A stretch of DNA of 60,992 nt, the filler included, from Sphacelaria rigidula (lineage: Eukaryota), in assembly GCA_964200075.2 (NCBI GenBank). It is 9 parts of 9 records of this genome, joined end to end, with 100 filler letters (N's around TTAATTAATTAA, not from the genome) between each part and the next. Parts side by side here need not be neighbours in the genome. Positions count along the whole stretch, not along the records: positions 20,365 to 27,052 come from CAXNAA020018618.1; positions 27,153 to 33,840 come from CAXNAA020018619.1; positions 33,941 to 40,628 come from CAXNAA020018620.1; 6 more parts are not named here. The stretch is one strand, 5' to 3'. Under the pieces are notes generated by a model. It saw only the letters and a list, made by a program, of their open reading frames with translations, was not told the origin of the DNA and did no database searches. Position numbers and translations under genes: made by a program. This document shows, one piece after another, positions 25,117-35,946 of this stretch (positions are counted from its first letter, which is position 1; every line of letters starts with the position of its first letter).

Positions 25117-27052
25117 CTGTGTGGAGATGGAAAAGGAGTACATTGTGTCCGTCAGAACAAGGGCAGAGGGGCGGAATTACCAATGTTACATGTATGAAAT
25201 ATCAGATAGGCGAGAGTCCTTGCTTTGTTGCTCAGAAAACACGAGGGAACTTGCCCTCCGAACATCTTGTACCGTACGTGCAGGGGGTTTGAAGGAATGT
25301 GGTACGAGCTGGGTCAGCAAAGAGTAGGTGTGAATCTCGCTCAGGCGACCCACGGTGCGATATGACAAGTTGGACGCTGAAATTTTGACAGCAGCTTGTC
25401 ATGATCAAAACACAGAAAATCACGTGAGCAGCAAAGAAAAAAAGAAACAAAGAAGAAGTTATGGACATTTGAAATTTCAGCAAAAACAAGATAATGCCAT
25501 AAGTCCAGGAGAAAAAGGATAATCTGCAGCTGGACTCGTGAAGTATCGGTTCCTTGGGTGCAGAAGGTCTTCCTGAAATTTCAGCACAAGACTCGTCGAA
25601 TTGGGCCGTGCGTTAAACATTTTCCGTGACGCTGCTGCACTTCTATATATCAAGTGATGGGAGACTCCAATTATGGAGGATATGAGTTCGAATCCCGACA
25701 GGTTCTCTTTTTGTTTTCGTCCGTCGTTAAGGTCATACATTATGCAGTACATTTTTCATATTTTTAGAATTCAGCGGCGGTGCCGTGTGTCACCAGGTTC
25801 GTCTACACTTCACAGTGATATGCTTACATCGGCTTCATTCGGGAAACTGGGGGAGCTGTGGTGTGAGCAAGTTTTAGCAGCTTCTTAAGCTGGCCCAGCT
25901 CACAGAAGCTGGGTGAGGGCCGTAAGTCACGGAAAAAATCGACAGGCTTCAAAATGTGGGAAACAATAGAGGGTGTATAGGGAGACTACGACCCCAGCAG
26001 CACCAGCAGTGTCAACGCTCATGACGATTCTCGAGCTTGGGGAATAATTCTGTAAACAAAACCCGACTGGTGTATACACTTCCTTCGTTTCTTGGTTATG
26101 CGTCCTTGAGAAATAACAAATTGGCAACCATGTGTTTCTCAGTCGGGTACTTCAGGTGAAGCGATGGAGGTTTTGTGCTCTTTGCAGCCTGGAAAACCTG
26201 ATCAGAATCGGCACCAAGCTCGCCGCCGGCACCGTAAGTGTTGGTGGATCACACAGCGACATTCAGCAAACGAAATCCGCGAACTTACACACGCATGCGC
26301 ACGGCGAATGATCGTAGAGATAGTTACAACAGCGCGTTGTGATATTTCTTTCACAGCGGAGGGGGCGCTCGTCATGTCCAGCTATAACATTTTCTCATAT
26401 CTCCAGTAGCGTATGTTGCTGATTTCGAACGTCGCACATTAATGAGAGTAAGCCGACAAGTACTGCCGCTGTTTTTGCAACAGGAGCAGTACCCGCAGCA
26501 GCCGCAGCAGCTGCAGGGGCGGCGGCGGCGACCTGACACATGTGCAACGTGCGGGAGGAATGATGTGCTGTTGGACAGTTGCCAGGGAGAGAACGAAACC
26601 ACAGGTTTCGCGTCCAGGTGCAACCGGACACGAATAATTTTATGCGCGAGGGGCTCTACGCAGGCGTACGAGTCATTGATATGGATCGTCGCAGATCGAC
26701 CGATCGGCTACGAACCCATTCATGGGCACAGCATAGACGTACCAAAGGTTGCAAAGTGTGGTCCTACAATTGGGGATAGCATCTTGAGCCCTTCCTTGCA
26801 CCAAGAAGTCCCTTTGAAGCGTCGCTGCAAGCAGAAAATATCCTTCACATGCTCTCCCTAGTATGAACGTAATTCACATATTCATTCTACTTGACTACGT
26901 CTTCACCCGGATATGACCCCATGGCGAGTGTGGGCCCTTGTTTTTCGCGTGATCGCCCCCCCCCCCCCCCCCCCCCCCCCCCCCCTTCTCTGGGGGTCCC
27001 TCCTACCCACAAACCGATTTCCACACACCACTCGACGGGGTACGCACACTGT

Positions 27053-27152
27053 NNNNNNNNNNNNNNNNNNNNNNNNNNNNNNNNNNNNNNNNNNNNTTAA
27101 TTAATTAANNNNNNNNNNNNNNNNNNNNNNNNNNNNNNNNNNNNNNNNNNNN
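27053..27152. other. Artificial contig-joining spacer
   Basis: N44-TTAATTAATTAA-N44. Confidence 0.98.
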
Positions 27153-27164
27153 CCCTTGATTCCT

Positions 27165-27207
27165 GTGGTCAATGGTCAAATGACTAAGGCAAGCAACAAA
27201 TGAGTAC
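27165..27207 (+). mobile_element. 5'-truncated LINE 3' end (subfamily A) with C-tract TSD
   Basis: GTGGTCAATGGTCAAATGACTAAGGCAAGCAACAAATGAGTAC, flanked by CCCTTGATTCCT upstream and CCCCTGACTCCT / CCCTTGACTCCT downstream. Confidence 0.75.
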
Positions 27208-27289
27208 GCCCCCCCTCCCCCCCCTGACTCCTGCTCCCCCCCCCCTTGACTCCTCGCTTTGCTGCTTCTTTTGTTTTCATCTTGCCATT

Positions 27290-28003
27290 AATAAATACCT
27301 TGAATAAAGTGGGTGGTGACTTGAATACGTGTGCAACTCCTTGTAGAATAACGAAATATTCCGATATTTTCCCAACTGGCATCGTAGCACTTCTAGCACA
27401 TTCTGTCATCATTTCACTATTCTCCACATCTTTCCTCTGATACCAGTTTCCCATGTCCTTCTCCATAGCCCATTTCTCCATACTGTGTCATAGGCCTTCT
27501 GTACCACGGGAAAGAAACAGTACGTTGTTAACCCGGCGTCTTTCCTGCCTTGAATAATATTACCTAATGTCTACACATCGTTTACGCAACTATGGTTTGG
27601 TCTAAATCTTGCTTGCTCGTCATTGATTTAATCTTCTTTCTCTAGCATCGTTCCCACTCCTGAACATTACAAAACATTTTCCTACGGTGCCCAGTAGAGT
27701 GATCCCTTTTTAATTTCCTGGTCAGCCTCTTCTCATTTCTTGAAAAGCTTGGGTGTGTACTCGTTTTCCCAGATCCAATTACAAAACACAACCTTCATGG
27801 TATCCATTCCCTCTCCCCCATACTTCATAAACGCATTCGCTATTTCGTCTGCCCCGGCTGCCTTTCCGTTCTTGAGTTTAGCTACACCCTCCGTCATTTC
27901 ACTCTGGTGAATATTCTCTGCATTTTTGAACCGCTATTATCCCGTTTTGATAACTCTACATTTGCCTCTGCCCACGCGTTGACTTATTTCCCAAACTCTG
28001 TGT
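27290..28003 (-). mobile_element. LINE (non-LTR retrotransposon) ORF2 reverse-transcriptase fragment, decayed
   Basis: Translates with frameshifts to KLKNGKAAGADEIANAFMKYGGEGM...ITLLGTVGK...QKAYDTVW...MTECARSA..LQGVAH..SPTLFKVFIN (RT motifs). Same family as 47517-49489. Confidence 0.85.
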
Positions 28004-29126
28004 CAAGCGTCCTGGTATTTGTTGGCGATCCTAATTGTCGGTAGTGACCTACCAGTGTACCGGAAGCGAGATGGGTTGGTCGCTCGAGACGATGAACTCG
28101 TCCACAGGAAAGAGAACGGTTGAAAGCCTGATGCTACACTTATTATATACATATACGGGTGGACACATATACGAGTGACCTCGATTAATGGAGCGAAGTC
28201 CAAGAAACAGGAACCGGCAATGGTTTTGTGTGTTGGGAAATCTGGTAAAACGTGTCGTGTGCTTATTCTGGTAGATGTTTTGACAGGGACGCGGTATGAA
28301 GGAAAATAAAGGTAGCGTCGTTGGCGCGATGTAGCGGCACCCCGAAAAGCGAAATGGCCTGAATAGCGGTGCTGAAGTCCCGTCGCACCACTGCACCCCG
28401 ATATCGCGGCATGCTTGGAGAACAGAGACGAGCAAACAGATGGATACGCACAACGCATCGTAACGCCGTTCAGCCGGTTCCGAACATCGCGTGGAAAACA
28501 TATGTGCTCTAAACCCGAGAAAATACAGAGAGCACTCTAAAGTCAAGTCAAGACGAAATCGTGGCCTCTGAGAGCTCGAGAGATGATGGAATGATGATCT
28601 CTCAGCAGCCCCCTTTGCTGCTGAATTCTCAGGGAAAATATGAAATATATACTCCGTAGGATTGACTAAACACTCTACTTACCTGTTGATATATAAACGT
28701 GTGTCCACCATGAAAACTCGATATCTACGTAACTCGCACTTTGTAATATTTTGTGCACTTGTGTGCGGCTTGTCTCCTCTCGGCGTAATCATTTCTACTT
28801 TAACCCGTTCGATGTTCGGTTTTGGTTTACATGTCACTCCGATCAACTAACCTTTCGGGCGGGCGGTGTGTGCGTGCGTGCGGGCCGGGCGGGGGCGTGA
28901 ATCGTCAGTGATCGCGATCAACGTAAACCTGACCCAGTTTTTCCGCTTCTTGGCCTCCTTTATGCCAGACTTCGCCTCTGCTCAGGTAAGTTTTTGGATC
29001 ACAGCTCCGATCGATCGATCGATCGGTTGGTTGATAAGGTAGTTGCTTGGTTAATTGATCGGTTGGTTGTTCGATCCATGGATTGATTGGTTGCTGGATT
29101 GACTGATTGGTTGATTGGCTGATTGA

Positions 29127-29316
29127 GACCGTGTCTTAGCATATTAGTTGTTGATCGAAGATGTTCGGTGGGAAACAACAATCCCGATCTGATAGGTCGT
29201 AGCTCCAACCATCGTAGAAATGTTTGAAGATGGTTGAAATCACGGCCTATCAGATCAGGATTTTTTTTCATGGCACTTTTTCGATCGAAAACTGATGTGC
29301 TAAGTAAGAAACGGCC
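29127..29316. mobile_element. PIF/Harbinger (Tourist-like) MITE
   Basis: Imperfect TIRs GACCGTGTCTTAGCATATTAGTT / AACTGATGTGCTAAG(TAAG)AAACGGCC, flanked by TGA/TTA. Confidence 0.55.
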
Positions 29317-29371
29317 TTATTGTTCGGTCCATTAGTTGGTTGATTGCCCCATCGATTGATCGATTGATTGA

Positions 29372-29564
29372 GGCCGTGTCTTATCAAATTATTTTCGTGT
29401 CGAAAACGTGCGGTCGAGTCGAATTCTCTCGTTTCTGATTCGTCCACGCTGGTTTTTTTTTCTCAGATGGTTGAGGACATGAATGCCGTGGACGTATCAG
29501 GTTACGGGCAAACTCGATTCCACCGTACGTTTTCGAGTCGATTACAATTCGACAAGATACGGCC
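29372..29564. mobile_element. PIF/Harbinger (Tourist-like) MITE
   Basis: 19-bp TIRs GGCCGTGTCTTATCAAATT / AATTCGACAAGATACGGCC with a 3-bp TGA TSD. Confidence 0.7.
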
Positions 29565-29903
29565 TGATTGCCCCATCGATTGATTGGTGGCCAATCGGTT
29601 GATGCATTGGTTGGTCTATCGATTGATTGATCGGTCAATTGAGTGAGTGGTCCATCGATTGATTGTTTTATCCATAGATTGATTAATTTGTCCTTCAAGT
29701 GGTTGACTGGTCCATCGGTCGATTGATGGGTCGATCGATCGATTGACTGGTTGATTAGATGGTTGGGTTAGTTGGTCGATTTCTCACGTTGACCGATCTC
29801 CCAGGAATCCGGATGTTATCAGAAGATGGACGCACCCGAAGTAAAATGAGCCAAGAACGCTCCCTGAATGAACATGAGCATAGGGAGAAAAGTGGAAAAT
29901 AAA

Positions 29904-30002
29904 CAAAGCTGCGGAGAATTGAACCCGGGTCCCAACCGTGCCGTTAATTGGTCGATCGGTTACTTTATTGTTGCACATTAACCGATACACTATAATAGCT
30001 CT
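29904..30002 (-). pseudogene. tRNA-Asp-derived pseudogene/remodelled paralogue
   Basis: Retains the acceptor (AGAGCTA/CAGCTTT+G), anticodon stem (CGACC/GGTTG), T-arm (GGTTCAATTC) and a T-run terminator. The D-arm and anticodon loop are replaced. Confidence 0.65.
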
Positions 30003-30116
30003 AGGAATCCAGCCGTCGTCACGAGACAGCCCTAGCATTTCAAAGGTGAATAATGAAAAACGCCTCGCGCAAGTGTTGAGGACGGGAAAACAGAGAGGGG
30101 AAAAAAAATGTTAAAA

Positions 30117-30188
30117 CGAAGCTGCCGGGAATCGAACCCGGATCTCAACCGTGACAGGGTCGAATTCTAACCATTATACCACAGCTCC
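30117..30188 (-). tRNA. trnD-GUC: tRNA-Asp (anticodon GTC)
   Basis: GGAGCTGTGGTATAATGGTTAGAATTCGACCCTGTCACGGTTGAGATCCGGGTTCGATTCCCGGCAGCTTCG folds into a full 72-nt cloverleaf. It is followed directly by a TTTT Pol III terminator. Confidence 0.95.
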
Positions 30189-31518
30189 GACGCTTGATGA
30201 CGATCCGCGAATTTGAGTTCATGTATACTCCCACTTCCTCGCATTGGTTGTGACGGTCACCAGCAGATACGTTTCGGTCCCCGGGCGCGCCGCAGGTGGT
30301 ACTCAAAATGATATTCGATTTTTGTAATGGCTACTCGCTTCGGCGTTACACCCCACCCCCATGATGTGGTACTACTTTCCACAAAGCAAAGCAAAAAGGC
30401 ACCCGTTACGGTAAAGATCCTTTGGCCATGAGGGATAGTACGTTCTCGGCTGGGTTGTGCCAGACCCTAAAATACGAGTAGAGCGAATGAAGTCCATCTT
30501 GGTTTTAAATGTCATGGCAAATAACGATACCCCCCCCCCCTGTTTTTCGAACGATTTGTGGTCATCAGTCGCTCAGAAATCAAATGATATTGTTTTGGTG
30601 CCTTGGGGTGGAAACGGTACCGCAATGGTGAAAACATGTAAAACGTGCTCAACGAACTTTTGATTTGTTCTTGTTTTGTTTTGAGCATAATGTTGTTTAT
30701 GTTACCTTTCTGTGTTCTTCACTCTTCTTCGGCGAGTGTGTCTGTTTCCGATTTGTTTACGTCGGGTACGTCCATTGTGTGGATAGCGACTATGACTGGA
30801 TCATGACTACCTAGGGAATCAGTTCATGTGCGACAACTTACCAATCAACTTACCAATCATAAAGTATCATGTATACTGTAGTGCGTCTGCTTTTCCGGGG
30901 GATGGTTTGTTGTTCAGTGTCGATTTCTGATATATGGAAAATGACCTCTGGAAGGGAAAACGTTCCGACAAGATCTCCGTAAAACCGCAACTCCTAGGCC
31001 TCTACTGTACCTTTCATGCCCGTAAAAAAATATGGTCCAAAATTAAAGTCAAGATCAGCCGACGTTGAGACACATGTAGGTCGCCACAAGCAAACAGGAT
31101 GAAGGCCAGAAGGAAAAAGACACGGTAGACGCTTCCAACGTCGCCGACACTGTTTGGTTTGGCCCCTCAAACGGGAATTATCGCCGCCACATATTATACC
31201 GTGGGAAGCCCATGTAACACTTCTCAGAAAGGACTCCTGCACGCACAGGGGATTTGCAAAATGTCGTTGGACACCTTTTGTGTCGTCGCAAGGGATGCCA
31301 CTTGCGGCGGCCAAGCCAACCGAACATACACTGTGTCAGTAGTCTGCACACAAAACGACGTCAAAGGCGTCGCTAGTTGGCGAGAAATGGTTTAGAGCAA
31401 CCCCACTGTGCTGAACGATCTGAAGATTAGTATGGAGAGGAAGTCACGTCGACTTCAGACGGAGATAGCGATGACAGTCCCGCGACGACCTTCAATGTTA
31501 TTCCGCCGCATCTCCCAC

Positions 31519-31520
<2 letters not shown>

Positions 31521-31581
<61 letters not shown>

Positions 31582-31606
31582 TACTATTATGATTATGATT
31601 ACGATT

Positions 31607-31654
<48 letters not shown>

Positions 31655-31714
31655 ATCATGATTATGATTATCATGATTATTATCATTATGATGATTATTA
31701 TCATTATGATTATG

Positions 31715-31770
<56 letters not shown>
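31521..31770. repeat. Compound trinucleotide microsatellite (TAT)n-(GAT)n-(CAT/GAT/TAT)-(TAT)n
   Basis: 250 bp of NAT-type triplets. It is the source of the spurious poly-Y, poly-I and poly-M ORFs. Confidence 0.97.
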
Positions 31771-32493
31771 GTTCGTCACCTTAGCTCGATCTCTCGAACC
31801 CGTGGTCGCAGAGTGCAAGGAGCATTCCACCCATAACCGTAAGTCAAACAGCCCGCAGAGGAAGGCAAGAAACAAAACGTCTACACGAAAGAAGGCACCT
31901 ACACTACGATAGTCAAGAGAGTTAATTAATCAGTCAATTGGTCGGTTGGTTAATTCATTCATTTATCCATTCATTCACCCATTCATTTATTGACTAATCC
32001 ATTGATTGATTCAGCGACTCGGTGATTCGGTGAGTCATTGGTTCATTGATTCACTAATTCAATGTTTGACGCATCGATCGGTCAATCGATTGATTCATTG
32101 ATTGTCCCGCATTGACTGATATCCCCCAATGGAATGGATCCAACCGTGCTGGTCACAAGGTACACGTACTGTACCCAAGGTAAAAAAAAAAAAACAGGTA
32201 ACACTCGCTGACGGGAACCTCCAGGGAGGACAAATATGAGTAAAAGAGAAGATACAACAAATGAAGTAAACCCCAAAACCGAGAGGCAAGAAACAAAGGC
32301 GGAGAGAGAGGGAGGGAGAGGGGGAGAACGGAAAAAAAGAAAGGAAAGGAGAAAACAAGCGAAAACGCAAAGACAGGTCTAGCACCGGTTCCTAGGTTAT
32401 ATATCACCTGAAAGCTGTAAAAAAACGTCAGGAATTAATGAGTGTTTGCGCAAGCGGACTTATTTCTATCTGTCCATCTTCCATGTCTCGTAT

Positions 32494-33117
32494 ATGTGTG
32501 TGTTGTCATCCCGTTTATTTCGGACGCTAGTTTACACCTTTTGGTATGTGCGGCCGCATCAGTGGAAGTCACGACTGCTGCCGAGATAGCCCCCCACCGA
32601 ATCGGCCAAAAACGTGCACGGAGGCGATGATCATAAATGCCGTTAGAGCTGGTTTTGTGGTGCACAACGCGACTCATGTGGGCGTTATACAGTAGCTGAT
32701 TTCGGACTGCTGCACGCCTTTCATGTGGGCGAAATTGATGCAAACGAGCCCACTAGTGGGACCGCAGCCGGTTTGTCGAACGGTCTCCTGTGCACTTTTT
32801 GTGAGGGGGGGGGGCAATCTCGACAGTAGTCTCACACAGGAGGAAGGCTAACGAAGGAGTGTTTCCTCCTATATATTGTTTAGAACTTCGTATGCCTTTT
32901 ACGGTGCGTGCCTTATTTTTCATCGCGAGAGGGGTGCAGCAGTTCCTTTCCCTTATCGACCGTGAAGTCGATTTTGTATACCCACGACGTAGTCGCTCTC
33001 CACTGTTGGGCACGGTGTGAGGAAAATCCCAGATCCTGTGACTGCACCGAGATTCGCACCCACGACCCAACCGTCACAAGGTTTTGAGTTCACCAACTCA
33101 GCTACCGGGGCAACCGG
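32494..33117 (-). mobile_element. tRNA-derived SINE split by a nested MITE
   Basis: Head with A/B boxes at ~33040-33117 and 3' end with (CA)n tail at ~32494-32572. The SINE sequence resumes on both sides of the MITE. Confidence 0.75.
32573..32831. mobile_element. 259-bp MITE with 4-bp TSD (Sola-like by TSD length, unconfirmed)
   Basis: TIRs GACTGCTGCCGAGATAGCCCCCC / GGGGGGCAATCTCGACAGTAGTC. TCAC is duplicated at 32569-32572 and 32832-32835. Confidence 0.8.
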
Positions 33118-33739
33118 CACATCCCATCTGCGTATGCAGTTCATTACTATAGACTCTCGGTTCCCGGAGTTAAAAAAAAGTACGGGAGACACCAACGTCT
33201 CTTCCTCCTGCAAAGAAAAATATGTAATTTTCTCGTTCAGATATCTGCTGCTATTCTCCGCCGAATCGTGAAATACTTTTGCGCAACGGACTCTATTATG
33301 CATTCCATTCAGAATTGAGGGGGAAAATTACGCAAATACTCTCAATGATGATATTAAAATGACAAACGAAGAGAACTCAACATACGGAACCATGCTACAT
33401 GGAGTATATCCACCATCACCCGGGACCAAATAGAACAATGATCGCTACGGTATGGCTAACCGAAATTATGGATCAGTGTCTATCTTTCGTTGAAATGCTA
33501 GGTAAACGTACACAGACATAACACCCACAAAACAAAAACCTCTTTTTTTGCTGGCATCAAAGTACAGTAGATGGGACACTGCATGATTGCCGCCACACAC
33601 CTGTCATTATCCAAAAAAAGATGCCCTTGTGGAGCAAAAAGCCCACAGATATCAGTTTAATACCCCGTGTCTCGTACAGACGTGCAAAGAACTCGTTCGA
33701 GAATACATGCTTGAACTGAACACTATTCCCCCTCCCCCT

Positions 33740-33840
33740 ACATCTGGAGATATACGGGTGGTTGAAAGAAGGGATAGGGATGAAAACATATTTGCATGGC
33801 CCAATGGACGCTACGAAAAATCTGAAATTGCGATTTCGGG
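33740..33840 (+). mobile_element. 5'-truncated LINE fragment
   Basis: Aligns with 48930-49030 (HLEIYG.L.E.IGMK.YLHGPMD). It begins right after a C-rich tract. Confidence 0.75.
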
Positions 33841-33940
33841 NNNNNNNNNNNNNNNNNNNNNNNNNNNNNNNNNNNNNNNNNNNNTTAATTAATTAANNNN
33901 NNNNNNNNNNNNNNNNNNNNNNNNNNNNNNNNNNNNNNNN
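33841..33940. other. Artificial contig-joining spacer
   Basis: N44-TTAATTAATTAA-N44. Confidence 0.98.
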
Positions 33941-34048
33941 TAACCTCGGACCAGTGACGCCGCGTTTTCGTAGCAACGTCACAGCTGTGCTGGAGTATAG
34001 AGTATAGTGACGTTGCTACGAAAACGCGGCGTCACTGGTCCGAGGTTA
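33941..34048. repeat. Perfect 42-bp inverted repeat with 24-nt loop (possible micro-MITE with TA TSD)
   Basis: 33941-33982 is the exact reverse complement of 34007-34048. Both ends are TA. Confidence 0.85.
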
Positions 34049-35946
34049 TCCCGCACAATTTTCAAATTCTGTTCCTGAGAATCGTAGAATCAGCTGAAAC
34101 AGAGATCAAGACTAGGTGCACCAAGACAAGGCGATCAAGCGCTTAGCGAGAAGATCAGCGCGTGAAGATGACAAGTAGCACCATCGGGGTAACGATGGAA
34201 AATGTGAAAGTTTGTAATGGTGTGGAGAAAAATGGGGAAGCTATCCAGCGTATAGAAAGATGCGTCTCAACAGTGTCTTATTCACGAAAAGACACTTTTA
34301 CCCGGTTCGCATCCAGACCAACCGGTACTCCAACCGGACCGTTTTTTTTTACCCAGTTGGGTCCGGATGTTTACCCCCTGAAACTTGAGGAAATTGGGGA
34401 CATTTTTTTTTGAGATTTTCCGAAATTGATAACAATTGATCAGATATGGGCGAAAAAAATATATTAGTCTTAGTATTGAACCGGTCCAGGTCCGGTTACC
34501 CGGTTGGAATGATGATGACAACATGACAGCGGAGGTAAGGCTTGACTCGGTCGAAGTGGGGGTAGACTTTGAGCTCACATGTTTGACATATCTCGTGCGC
34601 CAACCAGAGCCGGGTCGGAATTGAAGAGGGTTGTGAGAGGGTTGTGAGAGGAGGGGGATGGGGGGAGCACCCATTACATTTTTTCTCTTCCAAGACCAAG
34701 TCAAAATCCGCTTCTTGTTGGTAATTAATTATTGATATAAGAATAGAAAACGCGCATACAGCGCATACAATGCCGAAAAGTGTGTCATCACCTAGTTGTA
34801 GACCTGGAGAAAATGGCATCGCACAAAGCGGAGACGTGAAGTCTGGGCAACCTGTTCGTATGCCGAAATAATAGGTCGGTTTACAGTTTGGTTGATCTCG
34901 TGGATTAGATTACCTCCAGAACGCAGAGGCGCAGGAAAGGGAAGTACCCGAGAAAGCACGCTACCGGGAGCCCCGTGAGTCACAAAAGCAACCGCCAGGT
35001 ACCTACGTAATTCCTGTCTGCGACCTACATGCAACGTAGGTCTATCCATGCCGCGCCAGAAACTGATGAAATGTAGACCTGGAGATTATGGCATCGCACA
35101 AAGCGGAGTCGTGAAGTCTGTGCCCACACTCGTAGGCCTGTCCCTGCCGCGCCAGGAACTGGTCATGTACGAACCTCCCCAAAACCTCTTCGAAGTACAT
35201 CCAAGCGAAAAGCTTCAGCAGGTGTGGGTTATCAAGGATATGGTTGGAAGAAAAGAACGGGGATAACCGCGTCTGACGACTACTTGAGTTCGATATATCC
35301 ACACGACGCAATGTCATCTTTGAGGAAACGCATAGCGACAAAGAAGGTACTACACACCTCCCCCCGACCGTGGGTGACTTCAAAGGGGTCCTCGTTGGAA
35401 ACAAACATGATATGACTAGTCGTGGTATGGATGTTAGTCTCGAAATTCCGCAGTTCCGCTGTCCGACTGAAAAGCTGTTTAAGAAAAGTGGCTGCCGCCC
35501 GCATACGCAGGAGGAAAATGCACCAGGGGAGCGCCAGAGCACAATCCAAGAAGCAGCAGCACCGCGAAACGCGATGGCCGTACGCAAGGGGATACCGGTT
35601 TCAATTTTTTTTTGGAGTGTTCCATGGAAATTAAAAAAAATGACCGCCAGAAGAAAAACAACATGAGCATGTCCCCCAACCTAAGCCACGATGCACATCA
35701 AACAGAAGCCACAGAAGCTTGCGCCAATATCCAGAGCGTTTGAAATGGCCGAGCCACGCACGAGCCCCACTATATAACAACACAAACGAGCAGACGTCTT
35801 GGCAGAGCGTAGAAATGAACACGGCAAAAAAAATCATGGACGGATACGAAAAGTGTTCAACATCATCACCCAACTGCTACTTCAAAAGGTGAGGGAGAGG
35901 CTTGCCAGGCTTGCCACCTTTCCCCCCGTGCTCTTGTTCCCAACCT

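Larger units (their letters stand above)
29000..29785. repeat. Degenerate (GATT/GGTT/GATC)n tetranucleotide array hosting two MITEs
   Basis: Visible GATTGATTGGTTGATCG runs. A similar tract lies at ~31920-32105. Confidence 0.8.

Noticed and set aside
25800..26861. Possible additional exons (plus-strand 26188-26233 LENLIRIGTKLAAGT; Ala/Gln-rich segment ~26460-26535 on either strand)
   Set aside because: Splice signals are plausible, but strand and gene membership cannot be resolved and no family is recognisable.
31408..31912. Poly-Tyr/Asp, poly-Ile and poly-Met ORFs
   Set aside because: Translations of a microsatellite.
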